Shown: in pieces, positions 11,345-34,300 of the stretch
Numbering within the stretch: position 1 is the first letter of the stretch
Layout of the letters: each line of letters starts with the position of its first letter
From: Felis catus
Taxonomy: Eukaryota
Length of the DNA stretch: 64,000 nucleotides
NCBI RefSeq assembly: GCF_018350175.1
Contig: NC_058372.1
Location: 30,442,001-30,506,000 of the forward strand
Direction: 5' to 3'
The notes under the pieces: generated by a model
Told to the model about the DNA's origin: nothing
The model's input: the letters and a program-made list of their open reading frames with translations, nothing else
The model's database searches: none
Position numbers and translations under genes: made by a program

Positions 11345-11734
11345 CAACGTGTCCAGATGAGTTAACTTAGCAACTCCCAGTTACTGGCTACTACTTCTGA
11401 TTTCCTGACTTTCCGGGAAGAGGTAATCCAATTAGCCCAGCTCGTTTCAGGTACTGAGGACAGACTGTTGGCTCTTCCCAATGGTGAAGCCAGGTTGGCC
11501 TCCTAAAGAGCGCTACAGTAACAACTGTATGGGACTTCAGATGAGGAAGAGGTCATTTCAAGTTGATTAACACATCCAAATATAATGAAATCAATAGCTA
11601 ACTTTATTGAGCACCTACTATATGTGAGATACCAGCCTAAATGCTTTCCATATATTAATTCTCTTAATCTTTGCAACAACCCTGGTGATACTAGGGAGGA
11701 TACAAAGGATCTAGAGCTTAAATAATTCGTTCAC

Positions 11735-11930
11735 CCAGGATAAATAAATTGGGTTATATTCATACCTCAGACTATTATTATGCAGCAACGAGAATGAACA
11801 AAGTACAACTACATCAACAATGTGGAAGAATTTCATTAACATAATGTTAAGCAAAAGAAGACAGATGCAAAAGAACCCTTACTGTACAGTTCTATGTGGA
11901 TACAGTACAAAATCGGGTAAAACTAATACA
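11735..11930 (+). mobile_element. Ancient L1 (L1M) 3' fragment
   Basis: GATAAATAAATTG...ACAACTACA...AACATAATGTTAAGCAAAAGAAG...TAAAACTAAT resembles the L1M 3' UTR (recalled). Confidence 0.6.
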
Positions 11931-12583
11931 TGTAGCAGGATGGTCAGGGAAGATGAAAATTTTGAATGGGTGATCAGGGTAGGCCTCACTGAGAAGATGA
12001 CTAACACTGAACAAGACCTCATGGAGGTAAAGGAGCGAGGCATGTGGGTTTCTGGGGGAAGAAACAACTTGGCAGAGGAAAGAGAAGCAAAAGGGTCCCA
12101 AGGTGAGACATGTCTGGTAGAGGTAGGGAGAGTAATAAAATCAGGGGGCAAGTCATTTAGGGTCTTGCAGGCTACTCCAAGGACTTTGAGAGAAACAGAG
12201 GCATTATAGGACTTTGAGCAAGGGAGTCCTTTGAAGCTTCCTTTGAGGAAAGGTCCACCCTGAGTGCAGTGTAGAGGACAGACTGTAGGGACAAGTGAGG
12301 AGGCTGTTGCTATAACCCAGGTGAAAATTGCGAGTGGCTCAGATCAAGGTAGAAGCAGTGTATGTGAAAAAGCTGGATTCCAGGTATTTTCTCAAGACAG
12401 GAGTTCCTGTCTAATTGAAAGTGGGGAGTGAAATAAAGAAGGGAGTCAATGAGGATTCCAGGGTTTTTGGCTTCACTGTAATTTTTAATTTCCATCAGCT
12501 GAGATGTGGAGAGGACAGGTTTTGAGGTTCCGGAGATCAAATGTTCAGTGTTGGACCTACTGACTTTGAAATGTTCTTTTAGA

Positions 12584-12772
12584 GGGGCACCTGGGTGGCT
12601 CAGTCCAACTTCAGCTCAGGTCATGATCTCGTGGTTTGTAAGTTCAGGCTCTGTGCTGACAGCTCAGAGCCTGGAGCCTTCTTTGGATTCTCTTTCTGCC
12701 CCTTCCCCAGGCACGTGCACTCTCTCTCTTTCTCAAAACTAAAAAATAAAACACTAAAAAAAAAAAAAAAAA
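12584..12772 (+). mobile_element. Can-SINE
   Basis: GGGGCACCTGGGTGGCTCAG head and A-tail. Confidence 0.85.
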
Positions 12773-12989
12773 GAAATGATTAGATACCCAATTGGAGATG
12801 TCAAGTACATATATGTGTCTTCAAGTCTGGAGTTTGGGAGAGAGGTCTGCGATGAAGATATGCATTTGGGAGTCATCAGCACAAAAATGCTATTTCAAGT
12901 CAGGAGATTGGTGTTCATGACACACGCAGGTTGGGTAAAGGGCTGGGGTGAAGGCTTGACTGGAGTCAGTTTAAGAATGCATGACAGGA

Positions 12990-13445
12990 GGGGGCCTGGG
13001 TGGTTCAGTCTGTTAAGCATATGACTTCTGTTCAGGTCATAACTTCACATTTCGTGAGCATGAGCCCCACTTTGGGTGAACATGAACCCCACTTAGGGTA
13101 AGCCCCCCCTTCTCTCTCTGCCCCTCCTGGGATACTCTCTCTCTGCCCCTTGCTCACTTGCACACTCTCCCTATCTCGCTCAAAAAAAAAAAAAAAAAAA
13201 AAAAGAGGGGCGCCTGGGTGGCTCAGTCGGTTAAGCGTCCGACTTCAGCTCAGGTCATGATCTCGCGGTCGGTGAGTTCGAGCCCCGCGTCAGGCTCTGT
13301 GCTGACCGCTCAGAGTCTGGAGCCTGTTTCGGATTCTGTGTCTCCCTCTCTCTCTGACCCTCTCCCATTCATGTTCTGTCTCTCTCTGTCTCAAAAATAA
13401 GTAAACATTAAAAAAATTAAAAAAAAGAAAAGAAAAGAAAAAAGA
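12990..13445 (+). mobile_element. Two tandem Can-SINEs (~12990-13205, 13207-13445)
   Basis: Two heads; the second is CpG-rich and follows the A-tail of the first. Confidence 0.9.
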
Positions 13446-14094
13446 ATGAATGGCAGAAAGGAAATCTGACTGTAAGTATGGATAACTCTTCCAAAAAATT
13501 TTGCTGTGGTAGGAGACCTGGAAGAGGGGATAAGAGAATCATTTTGAATGTTTAAGAACTGAACTCATCTCAACTATTGTAATGAAGCTCAGGATAAAAT
13601 TCTTACCTGGTTCTTGCTAATTTTTCTGCTCTAATTTTCCATACTAGAGAGGCAGTCTCTTAATTTAGTCACATCAGCTGAGGCACAGATCCCTAAAACC
13701 ATGCCTCTGCTCATCAGTTCACTGGGCCTGAGCTGTGCACCCTTTCCTCAAACTTGGCTAAATCCTAACTAGTTCTTCACATTTTTTAGTTAAGAGTCAA
13801 GTTTTTCTAGAAGCATTTCTGAACCTCCCCAGGCAGGATCTGATTGTATTCCTCTACTTCCAGAATGTATTGTGGATGTCTCCGGCGGCTTCATAACAGT
13901 TGTCGAAGGATTTACTGAACGGTTAGTAGGTCTGATTGGAGCACAGTAATAGAAGACAAAGGAGGAAACTAGTACCGCATTTCGTAGAATAAAACCCATT
14001 GTGAAGAGAATACAAACTGCCAATAGTATCAGATATATAAATACATTCATGAAAATTGTTATAAAATTAAATGTCTTAGTCATTGGTTGCTGAT

Positions 14095-15400
14095 ATGCTA
14101 ATGAAGAGGTTATTCCTACCCTATCTTTGTTCAAATGATTTGCATGTATTATGCAAATAAACAGAACTATCGAAAGAATGCCTACAGTGCACGGTGCCGA
14201 CGATACACTCCCCTGGACCTCAGGATTGGCCTGTCTATCCACTTCATTTGCATGACGTGATTTAATAACTAGAAGGCCCCACCCCTCTGGAGCTTTCGCC
14301 CCTGACAAATGGACGCGTGTGTCGGGGACTCTTCCCTATTATCTAGGCTCCGCCCCCCGGCAGCTAATCCTTTCTGTCCCCTGCGTTCGCTCGGTCTCCT
14401 CCACTGAAAGCACTATCAGCCTTGCATCGTTTCCTTCATCTTCGCATCCCTACGTCTCACCGCTCCCATCTTTCCACGAACGCACGACGCACGCTCCGCC
14501 TCTCCTCCCTCCCCCCCACCCGCCCCTATTCGTCGTCCAAATTCTGCGCCCCAACCGCCCGGCCGACAGACGCTGCATTCCCGCCCCCTCTACGCGTCTT
14601 AACGGCCGACGCCGGGGGCGCGTCTCTTTAGCCAACCGGCGTCCTAGCGCCTGTAAGTCCCTCCTCTTTATGCAAATAACCTGTGCCTGCTCCGCACGCC
14701 CTGCTTTTTTTTTTTTTTAAATAGGGACAGCCCTCGAAGTAAAGAAGGATAGGGTGGGAAGTGCCCCGCCCTTTATGCAAATCAAGGGGCGTGTCGTGCG
14801 CTGAGGGAGGCGGGNNNNNNNNNNNNNNNNNNNNNNNNNNNNNNNNNNNNNNNNNNNNNNNNNNNNNNNNNNNNNNNNNNNNNNNNNNNNNNNNNNNNNN
14901 NNNNNNNNNNNNNNNNNNNNNNNNNNNNNNNNNNNNNNNNNNNNNNCGCCATCCCACCTCGGGGAGCCCCTAGGCCCCGGTCCCGGACCCCCGCGCACCC
15001 GGCCAGGTGAGTCTGGGGAGCCGAGTGCTAACGCCCTTTTCCGGCGCGGGAGCGGTGGTGGCGGCGGCGGCGGCGGCAGTGGCGGGCCGGGGGGAGGAGA
15101 AGCTGCCATTAGCCGCCGCCATTTTGTCCTCCTGCTGCTGGGGCTTGCCTGCCCCTCCCCCTCCGATACCCCCAGTTTGGTACCCGCACCTCCAACCCCT
15201 CACACAGAGTGTATGCCCTGCCCCTAATCACCCAATGTCCTGGTTTCTTGGAGTGACCCCTTTCTTGGGCCGGTAACTCCACACCATCCGTTGCGCTCTT
15301 GGCCTCTTCACCCCAATCTGTGGGTCCCCTTCGCTACCGCCACTCTGGGGTGGGCCGCGCCCGACGATCCTCGGAGTGTCTCCTTTCCTCCATATTGGAC
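14095..15400 (+). promoter_or_regulatory. PRRC2A promoter/CpG island with octamer cluster, GC boxes, non-coding exon 1 (donor at 15006/15007) and intronic YY1 site
   Basis: CpG-rich; five perfect ATGCAAAT/ATTTGCAT; CAG|GTGAGT donor; GCCGCCATTTTG at 15115-15126. Confidence 0.8.
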
Positions 15401-16837
15401 CCCCTCCACCATCAACCAGTGCTTGGGTTCCCCATTCTTGACCCCCCTGTTCGCGTCGAGTCACTCCCACCCTGGAACCCGGTTTTTATCCTGCATCCTT
15501 GATTTTTACCCTCAGTCTTCCTCTGCTTTTTAGTTTTTCCTGTGTCTTTTCCCCTCTGTGACTCAACCCCCGTTTTCTTCTTGGGTGTCTTGACGTTGCC
15601 CTTTTACTTTGTTCTGTCTTTACCGTTTCTGCTTGAGTGTATTATTTTCCACCTGCTTTCGTGTTGATCCTTCTTTATTAGTGTTATTCCACTATTCTTC
15701 TGTGTCCTTTTCTTTCATATATTTATTTTCAAACATTCGGAGTCTTTAAACACCTACAGAGCAACCCCCATTCCCTCATCTTACCTGTCTTAAAGTTCTC
15801 CCTGATTTTCATCCTGATTTTACCCACTTTTTGCCCTGTGTTTGCCTGGATTTCCCACCACCTTCCATCTCTTTCCTGTACGCCATTCTTTCCTATAAAT
15901 GAATGCCTGGTCACTCAGGAACTGACTGATGATGCAGAGTTTGGCCTGCTTAGGGAGGAAGGGATATTGGGGAAAGAAATGACTGCTGATGGATATTCTT
16001 ACTGAGGGTAGGAAAATGAAGTTGGTTCTTTCTGGTTTTGGCCCTATGATTATGGAGTGTGCTTGAGGTAGCTCCATACTGTTTTTCTCACATCTACGTA
16101 GGGTTAGTCAGAGCCCAGCAGTGTTCATTTCATCTTGACACAAGATTTTTTTCCAGGAGCTGGGATAGGGGCAAGTGCAGGAAATGATGGGGTGAATGTT
16201 CCAAATACTTGGGGTTCTGTAGCTTGGGAGTATGTAGAGCCCCAGTTGTTCCATAAGGAATTACCTGGCACCAGCCCTCAGTCTGGCTGAGCAAGCTCGT
16301 AAAATTGTTAAACTCCCAGCATACCTTCATGCAAACCTCCCCAGATGGGAGTGAGGCCTCTGGGAAAGGAACCTGGGGCGCAGTTAGGGAGTTGGTGGTC
16401 TAATAAGTGGGGGATCTGAAGTTCTGTTACTTGCAGAATGGAGCTTTATGCCTTTTTCTGCTTTTGTCTAAGGCTGGGACTTGTCATGTTTTATTGTACA
16501 TCTCTGGAATGATTTCTGTGGGGGGAGAAGAGATTATGAAGAGAGATAATGAAGTAGCTGCTACCCTTTATAGCCTGGCACAAAAGGAAGAGTGTGTTTA
16601 CTACTAGGAGGATACTAAATTTTTTATCTGGATTTGCTTGGCAAGAGGTGTCTGGGGGAAAGAGGCACCATGGCATTTGGGCTCTGTGGGAGTTTAAGGG
16701 ACTGGGGACTTTGAATAGGCTGGAGGCAAAGACACCAGAGGGCCACATATCTGGGTCCCTAATGAGAACAAAAAGGACCATCTAGGTTTCTTTTGGAGTT
16801 AGTAAAGGGAGCAGAGACTGAAGCACTTGGTGTCTGG

Positions 16838-29786
<12,949 letters not shown>

Positions 29787-29948
29787 GGGAGTTCCCCTTG
29801 CCCCCCACCCCCCGGGGCTTGTATATAGATTATAAATATATAAGGGGGAAAGGGGTGGGTGGGGAGGGGTTGTGGGGCTGGGGCCTCACTTCCCCTCCAC
29901 CCCCCTCCCCTGGTCCCCTATCCCTGGGGCCGTTTGTTAAAAAAGAGT

Positions 29949-29954
29949 AATAAA
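29949..29954 (+). terminator. PRRC2A polyadenylation signal
   Basis: AATAAA ~160 nt after the stop, followed by GT-rich sequence. Confidence 0.8.
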
Positions 29955-30750
29955 AGGATTAAAAAATTTTTCTGAAATGATTTTGGGGATGGGTTGGTTG
30001 TTTGCAATCTTTTTGTACCATAGTACAGTCCCCAGTGAAGTGGTTTTACAGAATTTACTTACCCCAGTGATCTGTTGTAACGAGCTATCTCAAAATTTGA
30101 CCATTTTATTGTATATTGAAGTCTTAGGGACTGGGAATTAGGGCTGGCTTCCACTGGGCAATCGGTTTCTTGTGCCAGTGAGTGAGGTCTGTTGGTTACC
30201 AGTCTGCAGCTGACGGTTGGGCTGGTCACATAGGGCTACCCTCAGGTGTCTGGGGCTTTGGTGGCACACCTGGAAGGTAGAATCCCACTGGACTGTCACT
30301 AGGGACATCAGGCCAATTATGTCCTTGAGCTAGTGCTCAAAGAGGTCCTGGTGGCTGGTGTAAAGTGTAGGACCTGGCCTTAGCAGGGCTCTTCTGCCAC
30401 ATCCAGTTGGTCCAGCACGGAGCTAACAAACAGGGAGGGGACCACAACTGCATCTCAAAGGGAGTAGCAAAGGATTGGCATCCTTGTGTCATTTTGGTCC
30501 TGGCTACAAACTTGAGAGGACATGCCTTTAAAGTTGTCATGGACTCCGTTCAAGCATGAACAGTAGGCTCCTTGGACCAGGTAGAGGAGTTCCACCATTG
30601 TCAAACTTGGCTAGGCCTGCTAAGAGTGTATTGAGGTCTGCAGCTGCTTGGAAATTAAAAGGCTTTTTACTGGATAGTCTGACAGCCCTATGCTAGCCTG
30701 GAGTAAGTTTTGTTCTCTCTGAACTCTTTTATTCACACGTAAAATGCTTT

Positions 30751-30928
30751 TGGGGTGCCTGGGTGGCTCAGGCGGTTAAAGGTCAGGATCTCAGTTTGTG
30801 AGCTCAAGCCCCAAATAGTGGAGCTCTGGCGAGGACAACCGGGAACCTGCTTGGGATCCTCTCTCCCTCTCTGCCCATCCCCAACTCGCACGCATAGGCC
30901 CTCACTCTAAATTTAAAAAAAAAAAAAA
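30751..30928 (+). mobile_element. Can-SINE (internally deleted)
   Basis: GGGGTGCCTGGGTGGCTCAG head and A-tail; flanking AAAATGCT repeat. Confidence 0.8.
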
Positions 30929-31114
30929 TGCTCCTGCATGAAAGTGTTCCCTATAAAGGGCTGTCGCTGTGAACAGGCTCATTTTAGTGTTGTGCTACAT
31001 GAACAGTAAACCATGGTAGTGCCCATCTCCCAGGGAAAGGTTAAAAGTGGTCTTACACAGCTAGGTTCCTAGAAATTCTTAATTTTAAACAAGTTCAGAG
31101 AAGACAATGTACCG

Positions 31115-31266
31115 TTTTCATTTTTGAGAGGGCGTGAGTGGGGGAGGGGCAGAGAGCAAGGGGGAACAGTTTCTGAAGCAGGCTCTAGGCTGAAAGCAGA
31201 GAGCCAGATGGGGGCTCAAAACTCCTGAACCCTGAGATCATGACCGGAGCCGGAGTCAGACACCCC
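31115..31266 (-). mobile_element. Can-SINE (degenerate)
   Basis: GGGGAGGGGCAGAGAG...GAAGCAGGCTC...GAGATCATGACC. Confidence 0.75.
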
Positions 31267-31328
31267 TGAAGTACTTAGGCTATTTAAGGAAGTCAATTTA
31301 GAGACCAAAGAGCCAGGAAAATCTGACT

Positions 31329-31334
31329 TTTATT
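31329..31334 (-). terminator. BAG6 polyadenylation signal
   Basis: TTTATT on the + strand, ~60 nt past the BAG6 stop. Confidence 0.8.
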
Positions 31335-31395
31335 TCTTAAATACTGTGAAGGAAGATGGGGGAAATGGTCCCCTGATGAGGGAGGGCCACAAGAG

Positions 31396-34300
31396 CTACG
31401 GATCATCAGCAAAGGCCCGGTGGGCATTAGGGAAGCGCTGGGGGCTGTAGTTGGGGTCTTCCTGCAGTCGCTTTTGTATATCAGCCCGGAGCTAGAGAGA
31501 GAGAGAGCAAGCAGGTCGGAGGGGCAGCGGCCAGGCCCCTAGGATCCCAGCAAGCACGCAAGGCCATCCCTTAGAAGCTAACACTTCCCCACCAGCCACA
31601 CTGTCAGCCCAATATGGTATCGCCGAGCCTTCCCAGATGCCACTAGGGAAAAACTCTTTAAAAAAATCACATGGTAGCCCCAGACTGACCAGTTCATCTC
31701 TGAAAGGATCAGAAAAGAGGGGCCCTAGCCCAACCCCTCCCACTAGACCATCCCTATCCTGCTTNNNNNNNNNNNNNNNNNNNNNNNNNNNNNNNNNNNN
31801 NNNNNNNNNNNNNNNNNNNNNNNNNNNNNNNNNNNNNNNNNNNNNNNNNNNNNNNNNNNNNNNNNNNNNNNNNNNNNNNNNNNNNNNNNNNNNNNNNNNN
31901 NNNNNNNNNNNNNNNNNNNNNNNNNNNNNNNNNNNNNNNNNNNNNNNNNNNNNNNNNNNNNNNNNNNNNNNNNNNNNNNNNNNNNNNNNNNNCCTTTCCA
32001 GGAGTCAACCACTGAGTTCCTATGCTAGTGGAGAGAAGGGAACTAGTCCAGGTGGTTTTGACAGCAGAGATACCTTCCTAGTTTTATTCGGCTCTAGCCG
32101 AAACATGGCATTTGAGTGTGCTGGACTCGCTCTTCAAAATAAGAGGGGCAGGATGAGTCAGGCCAGCCAGCACTCTGAGCTGGCTAGTCCACAAGAGGAA
32201 GCCCACCTTAAGGAAAATAGGCCCTAGTCACATTCCTAGCCACCGGGCAGCTGAGGGAGGACAGGACTGCTGGCAAATGCTAACGTGAAGGTGTGCTGCA
32301 GCGACCGTGAGCAAGTCAATCCCCGGGAAGGTGTCCTCAGCCATTAAATGACAGGACTAAACTAGGAAGAATTCCTTCTGACTCTGAGTAATTGGATTCT
32401 AAACACGACAGGGGAATTTGGATAAAGAGAGATCCTCAGGGAAGAAGCAGACCAACCTTGCGTCTCTTGGCAGGCATACCACTGAGGTAGGCATCGCTCA
32501 GGGGAGGCTGCGGCTTCACCTTCCGCTGGCTCTGAATGTCCTGCTGGATAATCGGAACCCACTCCTGGGGATGAAAAGGGGATGAGTAACTGGCACAACT
32601 TTCAGCTGCCTTGGCCCACTGGCCCACCTCCCGACACTTACTGGGGGGACTGCGGCCGCCCAAGGTTCTGTCTCAGCTGAAGCTCCATCCTGTTCGTCAC
32701 GGGAGCCACCGCCCTCAGGAGCAGGAGGCGGACCTCGGGACATGGCCTCTTCTGCTGTTGTTCCAGGGGCTGGGGAAGCATTCTCCCGCTGGGAGCCAGA
32801 CACATGGGAAGACACGGGCTTCGGCACGCCCAGCTCCAGCCCTCCCGCCCCCGGTCCCCCACTCCACATCACCTGGCCCCTCAACTCTCCCTGGTACCTG
32901 AGGCTCAGGGGAAGTTCTCTCTGATCCCTGAACTTCCATTGGCTCCTCGGGAAGTGGCTATAAAATTGGACAGAGAAGGAGAACACAGAAAGCCGTCTCA
33001 GGCCTCTCCAGTTCCCTCAAGTCCCCTAACCCCAGAGCCCATCTGGGTCCCTTACCTGGGGGGGATCACCAACCCTGCGAACATATCTGAGAATGGCATC
33101 AGGGCCTACGGGCATGTGCTCCAAAACCACCTGAAGCCTCAGTCCCATCATAGTGGTCAGCCAGCTCACCAAGGATGGGTTCACCCCACGAGACATGCGA
33201 CGCTGAGGGCAAAAAGCAGCCTTAGAACACAGCATCTTCAACGAGCTCTTGAAAAGTGTCAAAGAGTAAAGGATGGCAGTTGGGGGAGAAAAAATAAAAA
33301 CTGCAGGATACCAGAGAGAATGGAAACCCAAGGAAACAGAAGGCTGGGGCTCTGGGGCAGAGGTGGTGCTTACAATTCGGCCATTGATGACCGCGGCAAG
33401 CTCCATCTGCTGTCCCCCCAAGCAGTGCAGGTTGAGGGCCAGGCATTCAAACAGGCCCTGGTTACACAACTCAAGCAGGCGGGCCCCAAATCCACTGTCT
33501 GAGGGCAAGACACAAGGAGGAGATGCTGGCACCCAACAGCTCTGCACATCTAACACCCCCGCCCCCCGGCCCCGCTGCCCCTGACCTGTGCAGTGCAGCA
33601 CATGAGCAGCGATGCTATTGAACTGCTCTTGGAGAAATTCCAGGTTTGTCCGGATGATGTCCACCCCTGGCTGAACCTGCACCAAAGACTGAGAAACAAC
33701 ACACACAAAGACCCTCCGAATCAGGAACCCTGGGAGACCAGGAACCGAAAGCGGTAGCAGGAACAGGAGCTACCCTGACGGGACCCAGGAGAAGAGGGAA
33801 TGTGGAAGGGGTACTCACAAAACTCTCCCGCACGTACTCTTCCAGCCCTGTGATCAACGTGTGGGTTGCCGTCTATGGGGGAAACAGCGCAAGTTTAGAT
33901 CCAAGCCCCAGCCCTCAAGACACTGCCCTCCCCTCTACCTCCAGTAACTCCAGGGCTTGAACTGGAGCAATCATAGCTTTAGATGACAGATAAACAGAGT
34001 CAGGAATAAATAACAGAAAGTGACGAGAAAGAGAGCTCTGGGGTCCAAGATCTTCATTTACCCGTATGTTACCAGGTGTGGGCTCTTGGCCACCCAGGTA
34101 GTGCTGGTGGAAAAAGGATCGCAGCTGGGGCTGGAGCCGCTGCAGTGGCTGGAAATGCCCATGAAGAAGCATCACCACATCCACCATGGAAAAGTTCTGG
34201 CACAGCAGAGAGAGTAGGGCCCCAAAGAATCCTAGAGACAGAGACAGAAGTCAGCAGCGGCCTCTACCACCTGGCCTGCCCACCCACCACAAGCCCATTG

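Larger units (their letters stand above)
11940..13510 (-). mobile_element. L2 LINE fragment, interrupted by SINEs
   Basis: GGCCTCACTGAGAAG...GACTTTGAGCAAGGGAGT...GTCTGGAGTTTGGGAGAGAGGTC...TTTGGGAGTCATCAGCA is typical antisense L2. Confidence 0.6.

Noticed and set aside
873-13400. Many 60-180 aa ORFs such as MAQSVKRPTSAQVMI... and ...ERERERE...
   Set aside because: They are translations of Can-SINE, L1 and L2 sequence, not genes.
100-13445. tRNA-like A/B boxes
   Set aside because: They belong to tRNA-derived SINE heads; no complete cloverleaf tRNA gene was found.
30060-30520. Possible ancient MLT1-type LTR relic downstream of PRRC2A
   Set aside because: The resemblance is too weak to call without a Dfam search.
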